Of a DNA stretch of 64,000 nucleotides, positions 42,944 through 53,128 are shown piece by piece. The translations under genes and the position numbers were made by a program. The notes under the pieces were generated by a model. It had not been told where the DNA came from. It saw nothing but the letters and a program-made list of their open reading frames with translations, and did no database searches. Where the stretch lies: contig CAVPYV010000001.1 in NCBI GenBank assembly GCA_963710105.1, positions 2,454,485-2,518,484 of the forward strand. Reading direction: 5' to 3'. The stretch comes from an uncultured Chloroflexia bacterium. GTDB lineage: Bacteria > Chloroflexota > Limnocylindria > Limnocylindrales > CSP1-4. Within the stretch, counting starts at the first letter, position 1; every line of letters starts with the position of its first letter.

Positions 42944-43732
42944 TCAACGCGGCGGCATCGCCTCGAACGTCCGCTCGATGTCGTCGAGCGTTCGGATCGC
43001 CGCCGCGCTGACGACCTCGAGGTAGCGCTCGCCGAACTCGGCGCTCGCCTCGCGGGCGTCGCCCCACGTCCCGGACCGTGTCGCGCGATGGACCGAGCCC
43101 GGCGCCGAGAAGAAGAACGCGGTGTGGACGGCGGCCGGGCTCGTGACCTCCGGGAACGGCGGGAACTCGATGTTGGCGCGCTCCATGTCGACGAGGGACG
43201 GGTCGATCGCCAGGACCGCCGACGTCTCGCCGCGGTTGGCGTGGAGGCCCGTCGCCGGGTCGAAGAACTCGGCGGCCTCGGCCGGGGTCATCCCGTCCCA
43301 GTAGTTGACCGGGAAGGCGCGCGTGCCGGGCGCCATCCGCTCGGCCGCGTTGGCGCAGGCGTAGGCGATCGCGTACGTGTTGTCGTAGTGGCCGTTGAGG
43401 AACACGATCCGCCGGAACCCGATCGCGGCGAGCGACGCGCAGAGGTCCTCGACGAGGGCCATGAACGTCGGGATGCGGAGGTGGACGACGCCGCTGAACC
43501 CGACGTGGGGGTACGACAGCCCGTAGTTGATCGGCGGGGCGACGACCGCCCCGACCGCCGGGGCGATCCGGCGGGCGACCTCCTGGGGGATGAGGACGTC
43601 GGTCAGGAGCGGGGCGTGCGGGCCGTGCTGCTCGGTCGAACCGGTCGGGACGATGACGGTCGTGTGCTCTCGCAGGAAGGCCTCGACCTCTGGATCGGTC
43701 ATCTCGCCGAGATCGACGGTCGGCGGTTTCAT
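42944..43732 (-). CDS. Creatininase-family amidohydrolase.
   Basis: VIVPTGSTEQHGPHAPLLTD...VFLNGHYDN is the creatinine amidohydrolase fold. Confidence 0.7.
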   Translation of the reverse strand: MKPPTVDLGEMTDPEVEAFLREHTTVIVPTGSTEQHGPHAPLLTDVLIPQEVARRIAPAVGAVVAPPINYGLSYPHVGFSGVVHLRIPTFMALVEDLCASLAAIGFRRIVFLNGHYDNTYAIAYACANAAERMAPGTRAFPVNYWDGMTPAEAAEFFDPATGLHANRGETSAVLAIDPSLVDMERANIEFPPFPEVTSPAAVHTAFFFSAPGSVHRATRSGTWGDAREASAEFGERYLEVVSAAAIRTLDDIERTFEAMPPR

Positions 43733-43775
43733 CGGGCGATCCTCCTCGTCTCGGGTGGCGGGATGCCGCCGGCCG

Positions 43776-44075
43776 CTAGTCAACCACCTCGTAGGCGGCG
43801 ACCTCCATCCCGGAATGGAGCGCGCTCAAGTCCGGCAGAAGCGTGGCGTGGGCGTCCGAGGTCCGCCAGCCCAGGGCGCTGTCGGCGTCGCTGAAGCGGA
43901 GGACCATCTGGTAGCGCGTGGGGGCGTCGAGCTCGCGGAGAAGCTCGCCCCGGAGGTAGCCGGGCGACTCCGCCATCTGCGGCCGGTAGGTCGATTCGAA
44001 GAACCGTTCGAAGTCCGCGGTCCGATCGGGATGGACGTTGAACGTGAGGTGGCGCTCGAGCACGGCAGGGCCTCC
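43776..44075 (-). CDS. ABM (antibiotic biosynthesis monooxygenase-like) domain protein. The start is approximate.
   Basis: HLTFNVHPDRTADFERFFESTYRPQMAESPGYLRGELL...YQMVLRFSDADSALGW is a ferredoxin-like ABM fold. Confidence 0.55.
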   Translation of the reverse strand, partial: GGPAVLERHLTFNVHPDRTADFERFFESTYRPQMAESPGYLRGELLRELDAPTRYQMVLRFSDADSALGWRTSDAHATLLPDLSALHSGMEVAAYEVVD

Positions 44076-44103
44076 GTCGTGGCGCCGTCGGTGGCGCCGA
44101 TAT

Positions 44104-44121
44104 TGGTCAAACCAGTTGACC
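44104..44121. promoter_or_regulatory. FadR-type GntR operator candidate TGGTCAAACCAGTTGACC (TGGT-N3-ACCA core overlapping the GGTCAA/TTGACC inverted repeat), upstream of the GntR/FCD regulator gene.
   Basis: It matches the generic FadR-subfamily half-site geometry TGGTnnnACCA. It lies about 85 bp upstream of the ATG at 44204. Confidence 0.4.
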
Positions 44122-44203
44122 ACTATACCAGTCGAGCGATACCCTCTCCGCACCAGCACGGAGAGGGACGGCAGACCGTGGGCGACGCGAACGTGGCCGG
44201 ATC

Positions 44204-44974
44204 GTGACCGCGATCGACCGCGCCCAGCCGGTCCCCGACAGCCGCTTCGCGGTCGTCCCCCGGAGCACGCTCGCCGAGGAGATCGCGAACCGTCTCCTCC
44301 TGAAGATCCGCGAGCGCGAGCTGCGCCCCGGCGACAAGCTCCCCGCCGAGCGCGACCTCGCCCGGATGCTCGACGTCAGCCGGCCCGTCCTCCGCGAGGC
44401 CCTCCGGGCGCTCGCCCTGATGAAGGTCGTCGACATCCGCCAGGGCGACGGGACGTACATCACGTCGCTCGAGCCGCGCCAGCTGATCTCCCATCTCGAC
44501 CTCGTCCTCTCGACCGACGGGATCGCCCTCGTCGAGCTCCTCGAGGCCCGCCGCGTCTTCGAGGTCGGCAACGTCCGCCTCGCGGCCGAGCGGGCGACCG
44601 GCGCGGAGCTGGCCGAGCTCGGGGACCTCGTCCAGTCGCTGGCGGGCGGGATCGACGAGCCGGAGCGCTTCCGCGAGCTCGACCTGGCCTTCCACCTGGC
44701 GATCTGCGCCGCCGCCCACAACGTCCTGCTCCTTCAGCTGATGACGATCGTCAGCGCGGTCGGCCGGGTCAGCCGCGAGCGGACCGGCGCCTTCCAGCAG
44801 GTGCGGGAGGCCGCGCTGCGCGACCACCGCAAGCTCCTCGACGCCCTCGTCGCCCGCGATCCCGACGCGGCCGAGGCGGCGATGCTCGAGCACCTCGGCC
44901 ATGTCGCGGACGGGCTGCACGCGACCATCGACATCGCCGACCGCGGAGCGGCCGCCGGGGCGGCCGGTCGATGA
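44204..44974 (+). CDS. GntR-family transcriptional regulator, FadR subfamily (FCD domain).
   Basis: LPAERDLARMLDVSRPVLREALRALALMKVVDIRQGDGTYI wHTH, then an all-helical FCD domain. Confidence 0.8.
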   Translation: MTAIDRAQPVPDSRFAVVPRSTLAEEIANRLLLKIRERELRPGDKLPAERDLARMLDVSRPVLREALRALALMKVVDIRQGDGTYITSLEPRQLISHLDLVLSTDGIALVELLEARRVFEVGNVRLAAERATGAELAELGDLVQSLAGGIDEPERFRELDLAFHLAICAAAHNVLLLQLMTIVSAVGRVSRERTGAFQQVREAALRDHRKLLDALVARDPDAAEAAMLEHLGHVADGLHATIDIADRGAAAGAAGR

Positions 44975-45438
44975 AGGTCCGCGGCAGCCGCACGCTCGAG
45001 GCCCCGCGCGACGCGGTGTTCGCCGCGATCCTCGATCCCGAGAGCCTCCTCGGGGTCATCCCCGGCTGCCGCTCGGTCGAGCGGGTCGACGAGACGGAAT
45101 ACCACGCGACCATCGCGCTCCGGCTGCCGGGCATGGTCGGGACGTGGCGGACGGTCGTCCGGGTCGTCGACACGGACCCCCCGTCGTCCGGCGAGATCGA
45201 GGGCGAGCTCACGGGCGCGCTCGGCACGATCACCGGCCGGGCGACGTTCCGGCTGGCCGACAGCGACGGTGGGACCACCGTCGATTACGAGGGCAGCGCC
45301 GTGATCGGCGGCCCCCTGGCCCGGCTCGACTCGCGGTTCGTCGAGGGGCTCGCCGGCTCGCTCGTCGGCCAGGGCCTCGTCAATCTCGATGCGCGCCTCC
45401 GGGAGACGGCGCCGGAGACGGCGAGGGTCCGGGCATGA
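44971..45438 (+). CDS. SRPBCC / CoxG-family protein (accessory to molybdenum hydroxylases).
   Basis: About 155 aa. MKVRGSRTLEAPRDAVFAAILDPESLLGVIPGCRSVE is the CoxG fold. ATGA overlap. Confidence 0.7.
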   Translation: MKVRGSRTLEAPRDAVFAAILDPESLLGVIPGCRSVERVDETEYHATIALRLPGMVGTWRTVVRVVDTDPPSSGEIEGELTGALGTITGRATFRLADSDGGTTVDYEGSAVIGGPLARLDSRFVEGLAGSLVGQGLVNLDARLRETAPETARVRA

Positions 45439-46292
45439 CGGTCCGCGAGTACGCCCTGCCGCGATCCCTCCCGGCGGCCCTCGACCTGCTGGCGACGCGC
45501 GGCCCCGAGCTCCTCGTCATCGCCGGCGGGACGATCGCGATGCCCCTGATCAACGAAGGGCTCTCGCTGCCGGAGGCGGTGATGGGCCTCCGCCATGCCG
45601 GCCTCGGCGGCATCGACCGGGCCGGCGACACGCTCCGGATCGGGGCGACCGCGACGCTGACCGGGCTCCTCGAGCAGGACGCCGTCGAGATGCTCCGCGA
45701 GGCCGCCCGCAACACGGCCGCCTGGTCGGTTCGGAACATGGCCACCGTCGGCGGCAACCTCTTCACCCCGCCGCCGGGCGGCGACGTCGCGGTCGCCCTG
45801 CTGGCCCTCGACGCCACGGTGGCCCTTGCGAGCGCCCGCGGCGAGCGGACGCTGCCGCTGGCCGAGTTCTTCACCGGCTTCCTGACGACGGCCATCGCCG
45901 AGGACGAGCTGCTCGTCGAGATCCGGGTGCCGCTCTCGGGCGCCGCCATCGCCTCGACGGCGTTCCTCAAGCTCGGCCGGAAGCACGCCAACACCCCGTC
46001 GGTCGTGACCGTCGCGGTGCGGCTCGACTGGGAGGGCGCGACCGTCGCCGACGCCCGGATCGCGCTCGGCGCGGTCGGCCCGCATCCGATCCGCGCCCTC
46101 CGGGCCGAGCACCTGCTGCGCGGGACGAGCGTGGACCCTGCGTCGATGGCGGCGGCGGCCGCGGCGGCCGCAGCCGACTGCGAGCCCGCGACCGACGGCA
46201 TCGCCAGCGCCTGGTACCGCCGCCGGATGTGCGAGCTCCAGGTCGGCCGGGCCCTCGAGCGGGCGCGGGACGCCCGGAAGGACGGCGGCTAG
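45435..46292 (+). CDS. Xanthine-dehydrogenase-family FAD-binding (medium) subunit.
   Basis: LLVIAGGTIAMPLIN...ATVGGNLF is a CO-dehydrogenase flavoprotein-type FAD-binding domain. ATGA overlap. Confidence 0.8.
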   Translation: MTVREYALPRSLPAALDLLATRGPELLVIAGGTIAMPLINEGLSLPEAVMGLRHAGLGGIDRAGDTLRIGATATLTGLLEQDAVEMLREAARNTAAWSVRNMATVGGNLFTPPPGGDVAVALLALDATVALASARGERTLPLAEFFTGFLTTAIAEDELLVEIRVPLSGAAIASTAFLKLGRKHANTPSVVTVAVRLDWEGATVADARIALGAVGPHPIRALRAEHLLRGTSVDPASMAAAAAAAAADCEPATDGIASAWYRRRMCELQVGRALERARDARKDGG

Positions 46293-46799
46293 ATGGCATC
46301 GACGATCGTCGCCTTCGAGCTCGGCGGGCGGACCGTCGAGGTCATGGTCCGGCCGCTGACGACGCTCCAGGCGGTCCTCCGGACGCAGCTCGGGCGAACC
46401 GCGGCCAAGGAGGGCTGCCGCCAGGGCGGCTGCGGCAGCTGCACGGTCCTCGTCGACGGCGAGCCGATGCTGTCCTGCCTGCTCCCGGTCGAGGACGTCG
46501 CCGGCCGCCGGGTGACGACGCTCGAGGACCTGACCCCGGCCACCGGCCTCGACCCCCTCCAGCAGGCGTTCCTCGCGGCCAACGCCTTCCAGTGCGGCTA
46601 CTGCACGCCGGGCATGGTGATGATCGCCCGGGCCCTCCTGGATCGCGACCCGACGCCGAGCCGCGAGGACATCGCCATGGCCCTGACCGGCAACCTCTGC
46701 CGCTGCACGGGGTACGAGCCGATCGTCGACGCGATCGAGGCGGCGGCCGCGGCCGACGGCGACGGGGCAGCGACGGCCGACGGCAAGGGGCCGGCATGA
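46293..46799 (+). CDS. (2Fe-2S)-binding small subunit of the molybdenum hydroxylase.
   Basis: CRQGGCGSCTV (plant-type cluster) and CGYCTPG...NLCRCTGY (second cluster). Confidence 0.85.
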   Translation: MASTIVAFELGGRTVEVMVRPLTTLQAVLRTQLGRTAAKEGCRQGGCGSCTVLVDGEPMLSCLLPVEDVAGRRVTTLEDLTPATGLDPLQQAFLAANAFQCGYCTPGMVMIARALLDRDPTPSREDIAMALTGNLCRCTGYEPIVDAIEAAAAADGDGAATADGKGPA

Positions 46800-49211
46800 G
46801 CCCGGACCTCAACGTCGTCGGCCAATCGGTCGAGCGGAGCGACGGGATCGGCCACGTCACCGGGCGGACGATCTACACCGGCGACCGGACGTTCCCGGGG
46901 ATGCTCCACCTGAAGATGGTCAGGAGCCCCGCCCACCACGCCCGGATCCGCGGGATCGACCTGTCCGACGCCGCCCGCGTGCCGGGCTTCGTCCGGGCCC
47001 TGACCGCGGCCGACGTCCCCCACAACCGCTACACGATCCTCGGGCTCATCGGCGTCGAGCCGGAGGAGGAGTTCGTCCTCGCCGAGGACCGCGTCCGCTT
47101 CAAGGGCGAGGCGATCGCGGCGATCGTCGCCGAGACCGAGGAGGCCGCCCTCGAGGCGGTCGCCCGGGTCCGGCTCGACCTCGAGGAGCTGCCCGCGGTC
47201 TTCGACGTCGAGGAGGCCCTGCAGCCGGACGCTCCGATCGTGACCCACTGGGGCAACAACACGTTCATGTACGAGGGCCACCCCTGCCGCCGCGTCCGGC
47301 TCGGCGACGTCGAGGCCGGCTTCGCGGCGGCGGCCCACATCGTCGAGGGGGTCTACAACACGAGCCCGATCGAGCACGCCCCGCTCGAGACGACCGGCTG
47401 CATCGCCGTCCCCGAGGCGAACGGCCGGATGACCGTGTACACGAACACCCAGGCGCTGTACTTCAGCCTCGACAACACCTCGATCATCCTGCAGGTCCCC
47501 GGCAACCGGCTCCACTTCGTCGGCGGCACCGTCGGCGGCGGGTTCGGCGGCAAGGTCGACGTCATCGTCGAGCCGATCGCGACGCTCGCGGCGATGCTCA
47601 CCAACCGCCCGGTGCGCTTCGTCTACAGCCGCTCGGAGGAGATGCAGGTCTCGTCGACCCGGAGCGCGTGGCGGATCCGGGTGAAGGACGGCGTGGCCGC
47701 CGACGGCCGGATCCTCGCCCGCCAGGTCACGAGCTACGCCGACTCCGGCGCGTACAGCCGCCAGACCCCGTACGCGCTGACGAAGCACGCGGCCAACGCC
47801 GCCGGCCCGTACGCGATCCCGAACGTCTCGATCGACGCCTACTGCGTCTACACGAACCGCCAGCCGACGAGCGCGATGCGCGGCTTCGGGATCACGATGG
47901 CGTCGTTCGCGCTCGAGGTCCAGATGGACAAGATCGCCGAGCGGGTCGGCGTCGACCCGTGGACGATCCGCTTCCTCAACGCCTACCGCGACGGCGACCT
48001 GAAGCCGCATCGCAAGCTCGTCGAGGACGCGACCCTGATCGAGACGATGCAGGCGGCGGCGGAGCTCGTCGGGCACGAGCTGCCGGCGGAGCTCCGGGCG
48101 ATGACGTCGGCGCCGCGCGACGGGTCCGGGCCGCGCGACCCGGGTGCCCATCGTCCCCCAAGCCCGCCGGGGGTCGCTGACGATGGCGAAGCTGCGCGGC
48201 ACCGGCATCGCCGCGGTCAACTACCCGACCGGGATGAACCTCGGCGGCGACCCGTCGCAGGCGCTGATCCACGCCACGACGAGCGGCTCGTTCGTGGTGA
48301 CCCTCTCGGCCACGGATCTCGGCCAGGGGCTCCGGACGGTCATCGGCCAGATCGCGGCCGAGGTCATGGGCGTCCCGTTCGAGCAGATCGTCGTCGACAC
48401 CGCCGACACCGACACGGGCCCGCACGACATGGGCACGTTCGCCAGCCGGGCGACCCATCGCGTCGGGAACGCCGTGATCGCCGCGGCGACCGAGGCCCGC
48501 CGGGCCCTCCTCGACGTCGCCGCCGAGGAGCTCGAGGTCCTCGCCTCCGAGCTCGAGACCGACGGCCGCGGCAACCTGATGGTCAAGGGCGTGCCGGCCC
48601 GGTCGCTGAAGATCGCCGACGTTGCCGCGCGCGCCCAGTTCGTCCACGGCCGGACGATCGCCGGGCGCGGCGCCTGGATGAAGCCGCGCAGCGACGTCGA
48701 TCCCGAGACCGGGGCGATGGACCCCGACTCGACCGAGGCCCACGCCTGCACCGTCGCCGAGGTCGAGGTCGACACCGAGACCGGCGAGGTCGCCGTCCTC
48801 AGCATCCGGAGCGCCTACGAGGTCGGCCGCCAGGTGAACCCGGCCCTCGTCCGCGGCCAGATCGTCGGCGGGGCGTGGATGGGCATGTCGCATGCCCTGT
48901 ACGAGACGACGGCGCCGTACTACCCCGACGTCGAGCACACCGCCCGCGACTTCAGCGAGTACCTGATGCCGGGCCCCCTCGAGATGCCCGAGATCGAGTC
49001 GGTCGTCCTCGAGATGCCCTCGTCGAACGGGCCCTACGGGGTCAAGGGCGTCGGCGAGATGACCGCGAACTCGCCGATCCCGGCGATCGTCAACGCGATC
49101 TACCACGCGACCGGCGTCCGGATCGACGAGCTGCCGGTCACCCCGGAGAAGATCCTCCGCGGCCTCGACGCCCTCGCGTCGGCGGCCGCGCCGAACGAGA
49201 CGGAGGCCTGA
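46796..49211 (+). CDS. Xanthine-dehydrogenase-family molybdopterin-binding large subunit. One frame change near 48130-48180.
   Basis: a/b hammerhead; QPTSAMRGFGIT (the AxRGxG Mo-hydroxylase motif, not the CODH VAYRCSFR motif); the MoCo-binding 2 domain (GSFVVTLSATDLGQGLRT...) is in the +2 frame. Confidence 0.8.
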
Positions 49212-49601
49212 ATGGGGCAGATCACCACCTGGGACGAGTTCCCCATCGTCGAGTACGTGCCGGGCGTCTTCCGCCAGGCGATCTCCGGCGAGAAGACGAT
49301 GTTCACCCGGATCGTCTACCGCGGCGGGGTCGTCATCCCGGACCACCACCACGAGGCCGAGCAGATCATGCTCGTCGAGCAGGGCCGGCTGTGGGCGAAG
49401 GTCGGCGACGAGGAGTCCGAGGTCGGGCCGGGCGCGCTGCTCGTGATCCCGTCGAACTGGACCCACGCGTTCCGCCAGCTGACCGACGAGGACGTCGTCT
49501 TCTACGAGTGCTTCGCCCCGATCCGGCTCGAGTACCTCGTCGGGTTCAAGGGCCCGGACCCGTCGCTGGCGATGATGAAGGAGCGGCTCGCCGGCGGGTA
49601 G
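49212..49601 (+). CDS. Cupin domain protein.
   Basis: GVVIPDHHHEAEQIMLVEQGRLWAKVGDE...LLVIPSNWTHA is the two-motif cupin. ATG one base after the upstream TGA. Confidence 0.7.
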   Translation: MGQITTWDEFPIVEYVPGVFRQAISGEKTMFTRIVYRGGVVIPDHHHEAEQIMLVEQGRLWAKVGDEESEVGPGALLVIPSNWTHAFRQLTDEDVVFYECFAPIRLEYLVGFKGPDPSLAMMKERLAGG

Positions 49602-49702
49602 CGCGGCGCGTGAGCAACGCCGTTCCAGTATCATCGATGATCGATCAACGACGACGGCACCCGCTCATGCCCGACCGCCGCACCCACGCGAAGGGGAGCC
49701 CG

Positions 49703-50488
49703 ATGACACAGCTCGACATCTTCGGCCTGGAGGGGCGCGTCGCCCTCGTCGTCGGCGGCGGCGGGGCGATCGGGTCGGCGCTCGGCGAGGCGATGGCCGG
49801 GGCCGGCGCGCGCGTCGCGCTGGCGGGTCACCACGGCGCCGCCTGCGAAGCCGCCGTCGAGCGAGTCCGGGCCGCCGGATCGGAGGGGCTCGCGATCGAG
49901 GCCGACGCCACGAGCGAGGCCGACTGCGAGCGGATGGTCGCCGAGGCGATCGCCCGCTTCGGGCGGGTCGACATCGTCGTCAACGCCGTCGGCGGCGGGG
50001 CCGGCAAGGTCCTCCACCCGGCCGAGCAGTACCCCCGCTCGGACTGGGACTGGATCATGGAGCTCAACGTCCGGAGCACGATCCTGCCGACCCAGGCCGC
50101 CGTCCGGACGATGATCGAGCGAGGCGGCGGCGGGGCCGTCCTCAACCTCTCGTCGGTCCGGGCCAACCTCGGGATCAACGCCGGCTACTCGGCCTACGTC
50201 GCCGCGAAGGGCGCGATCAGCGCGCTGACGCGGCAGTGGGCGACCGAGTGGGCGAAGCACGGCATCCGGGTCAACGCGATCATGCCGACCTTCGTCGACA
50301 CGCCACAGGTCGCGAGCCTCCTCGCCGACCCCGCGTTCAAGGCCGGCATCGTCGGCCGGATCCCGCTCGGCCGGATCGGCGAGCTCGGCGATCTCGTCGG
50401 CCCGGCGATCTTCCTCGTCTCCGATGCCGCGTCGTTCGTCACCGGCCAGGTGCTCGGGATCGACGGCGGCCTGACCGCCACCCAGTGA
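49703..50488 (+). CDS. SDR family oxidoreductase.
   Basis: ALVVGGGGAIGSAL...NAVG...YVAAKGA. AAGGGGAG Shine-Dalgarno 7 nt upstream. Confidence 0.8.
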   Translation: MTQLDIFGLEGRVALVVGGGGAIGSALGEAMAGAGARVALAGHHGAACEAAVERVRAAGSEGLAIEADATSEADCERMVAEAIARFGRVDIVVNAVGGGAGKVLHPAEQYPRSDWDWIMELNVRSTILPTQAAVRTMIERGGGGAVLNLSSVRANLGINAGYSAYVAAKGAISALTRQWATEWAKHGIRVNAIMPTFVDTPQVASLLADPAFKAGIVGRIPLGRIGELGDLVGPAIFLVSDAASFVTGQVLGIDGGLTATQ

Positions 50489-50498
50489 AGGACGACCG

Positions 50499-51395
50499 AT
50501 GAACCCCTCGACCTCGATGATGGAGCAGGTCACCCCGAACGTCTTCACGACGACGAAGCTCCGCGGCTGCAACCCGAGCTTCGTGACGACCTCGGCCGGC
50601 GTCGTCGTCATCGACACGCCGCAGCTGCCGACGAAGGCCGTCGCGATGCGGGCCGAGGCCGAGTCGCACGGCCCGATCCGCTACCTGGTCAACACCGAGA
50701 ACCACGTCGACCACATCTTCGGCAACTGGTGGTTCCGCGGCGCCGGCGAGGTCGTCAACCACCAGGCGCTGTGGGACATCTTCATGGACCCGAACGCGGC
50801 GCTCGACCCGTTCGCCTACGCCCTCGAGGCGATCCCGACCGACGACCCGGATGGCGCGGCGATCCTCCCCGACCGCGATCACTACTACGCGAACCTGCCC
50901 CGCGGAACCGTGGTCTTCACCGGCGACCTGACCCTGCGCGTCGGCGACCACACGTTCCATTGCCTGTGGACGCCCGGCCACACGCCGGGCCAGCTGGCGG
51001 TCCACGTGCCCGAGGAGCGGGTCGTCTTCACCGGCGACACGATCTTCAGCGGCGTCCAGACGTGGCTGATGACCTCGAACGTCGACCAGTGGATCGAGGC
51101 GCTCGAGCGGATCCGGACGCTCGACGTCGACCACGTCGTGCCCGGCCACGGCCCGGTCGTGACGCTCGACTACCTCCACACCCAGCGCGCGGTGCTGCTC
51201 GCCTGGAAGGCCGCGGTCGCCGACGCGGTCGCGAAGGGCTGGACGCGGGACGAGACGATTGCCCGGGTCCGGTTCGACGACGCGTTCGGGCCGGTCGACG
51301 TCGGGCAGGGCTACATGATGGATCACATCCAGAACCAGAACGCGGCCTCGCTCTGGGACAAGCTCACGGCGACGGGCTACGCCAAGGGACGTTAG
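50499..51395 (+). CDS. MBL-fold metallo-hydrolase.
   Basis: LVNTENHVDHIFGN (HxHxDH)...TPGHTPG...VVPGHG. Confidence 0.75.
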   Translation: MNPSTSMMEQVTPNVFTTTKLRGCNPSFVTTSAGVVVIDTPQLPTKAVAMRAEAESHGPIRYLVNTENHVDHIFGNWWFRGAGEVVNHQALWDIFMDPNAALDPFAYALEAIPTDDPDGAAILPDRDHYYANLPRGTVVFTGDLTLRVGDHTFHCLWTPGHTPGQLAVHVPEERVVFTGDTIFSGVQTWLMTSNVDQWIEALERIRTLDVDHVVPGHGPVVTLDYLHTQRAVLLAWKAAVADAVAKGWTRDETIARVRFDDAFGPVDVGQGYMMDHIQNQNAASLWDKLTATGYAKGR

Positions 51396-51445
51396 GCGCC
51401 CCTTCGCATCAGGCGATCGCGGGCAGACCGCGGCTCCAGGACCAG

Positions 51446-53122
51446 TCAGGTCACGATGAACCCGACGGCGAGCGACGCCACGGCCACGATCGCGCCGCCG
51501 GCTGACGGCCCGAGGATGGAGCGAGCTGGCGCCTCCGCGGCGGCCGCGATCCAAGCGGATCTGGCCACCACGCCAGCCACCAGCACGACGAGTCCGATGC
51601 TGAAGAGCGACAGCACGCCCAACGGGAGCAAACCGGCACCGGCCGCGGCCGCCGTGGCGATGCGCACGCGGCGGCTCCGCGTCACGGCACCGACGGCGGT
51701 CGTAATGGTCAGCGCCACGAGGAGCGCCAGGACGAACGACTGACGCGAGTCGGGCCCAGGCCAGTCACCCTGCTGCCCGAGCAGGCGAATGTAGCCGATC
51801 GTACTCCCGGCCACGTCGTGCTTGCGACCGCGTGGGACGGGCTCCTGCTCCGCGCCCCGAGAGTCCGCTCTCGGCGCTACGCCCAAGGCGCCGGCAGGTG
51901 CGTGATCGGCTCGTGGTTCGGGCGGACGTCCGGCTGGAGTCGGGTCGGCGGCGGCGACGTAGCGCGGCTCCAGCCCGAGCTCCTTGAGGACGATGTTCCG
52001 GCCCTGCGCGATGCCGGCCGCCTTGAACGACGAGATCGTCCGGTTGAACCCCTGGCGGCCGAAGCCGCAATCGCTCGACAGGATCAGCTTGTCGGCCGGG
52101 ATCACCTCGAGCGCGCGGCGGGCGCGGCCCGCCACCTTCTCCGGGAGATCGGCCTGGAGCTGGCGGTGGCTGACCACGCCGACCGCGATCTTCTTCGACA
52201 GGCTGTTCGCGTACGGCTTGAACAGGTCGATCTGGGCGAGCTCGTTCTCGGTCGCCTCGACCGTCCAGACGTCGCCCTTGAGCCGGTTCAGGTAGATGTC
52301 GATCGAGTTCTCGTACGACTCGCCGCTGTAGACCTTCTGCATGTTCGGGTTGCCCCAGCAGGTGTGGATCCAGAGCTCGACGTCATCGAGCCCCTCGACC
52401 TCGTGGTTGAACGCCTCGACCATGAAGTCGAGCAGCTCGGTCTGCTCGGGGTGGAAGCAGGCCGTGAAGTGGATCGTCGGCTCCTCGATCTGGATCACCT
52501 TCGCGCCGGCGGCGGCAAGCTGGCGGAGCTCCTTGTTCATCGCCGTCGACATGTCCCAGATGAGCTGCTTCTTGTCGTCCTGGTCGTACTCGGACGTGTG
52601 GCTGTCGAGGAAGATCGCGAGGACCTGCGACGAGCACGTCCCGAACTTCACCGGCTTGCCGGACGCCGCGCGGGCCTGGGCGATCCGCCACAGCTTGGCG
52701 TACTCGAGCGGGTTCTTCGGGTCGTGCTCGACCTTGCCGACGACGCGCGGCCAACGCCACGTCGTCTCGATCTCGTTCATCAGCGTGCCGGGCATGAAGT
52801 CGAGGAGCCCGTCGCGCGAGTCGTCGTACTGGAGCTCCTCGTGCTCGAGACCCTTCCATCGCTGGAGCGGGTAGTGATGCCACGAGCGGCCGGCGAAGTC
52901 CTCGTCGAGGTGGTAGTCGCCGTTGGTCAGGATGTCGAGCCCGGCGCGCTCCTGGTCGGCGATGACGGTGGCGTGGGCGTCGAGGAACTGCTCACGGAAG
53001 CGGACGTCGAGGAGGGCCGTATCGAGCGGCCGGCCCCACAGGCCCTGGTCGTACCAGCGCGGCCGCGGCCACGAGCCGGTGACGGTGGCGGGGAGCATCA
53101 GGTCCTTGGTGGCCGTGAGCAT
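51446..53122 (-). CDS. Second stand-alone MetE-C-terminal-like (Meth_synt_2) protein, about 390 aa. It continues in frame into a roughly 110-aa region with 3 predicted TM helices (51446-51800), which may be a separate small membrane protein that has lost its separating stop.
   Basis: ATVTGSWPRPRWY...ILTNGDYHLDEDFAGRSWHHY...VIQIEEPTIHF...IHTCWGNP. The C-terminus is LALLVALTITTAVGAV...LLPLGVLSLFSIGLVVLVAGVV. Confidence 0.65.
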   Translation of the reverse strand: MLTATKDLMLPATVTGSWPRPRWYDQGLWGRPLDTALLDVRFREQFLDAHATVIADQERAGLDILTNGDYHLDEDFAGRSWHHYPLQRWKGLEHEELQYDDSRDGLLDFMPGTLMNEIETTWRWPRVVGKVEHDPKNPLEYAKLWRIAQARAASGKPVKFGTCSSQVLAIFLDSHTSEYDQDDKKQLIWDMSTAMNKELRQLAAAGAKVIQIEEPTIHFTACFHPEQTELLDFMVEAFNHEVEGLDDVELWIHTCWGNPNMQKVYSGESYENSIDIYLNRLKGDVWTVEATENELAQIDLFKPYANSLSKKIAVGVVSHRQLQADLPEKVAGRARRALEVIPADKLILSSDCGFGRQGFNRTISSFKAAGIAQGRNIVLKELGLEPRYVAAADPTPAGRPPEPRADHAPAGALGVAPRADSRGAEQEPVPRGRKHDVAGSTIGYIRLLGQQGDWPGPDSRQSFVLALLVALTITTAVGAVTRSRRVRIATAAAAGAGLLPLGVLSLFSIGLVVLVAGVVARSAWIAAAAEAPARSILGPSAGGAIVAVASLAVGFIVT

Positions 53123-53128
53123 CGGGCG

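Noticed and set aside
42944-44159. Creatininase + ABM gene pair as part of a mycofactocin-like or cofactor system
   Set aside because: No radical-SAM, precursor peptide or other system-defining genes are nearby. They are treated as isolated accessory enzymes.
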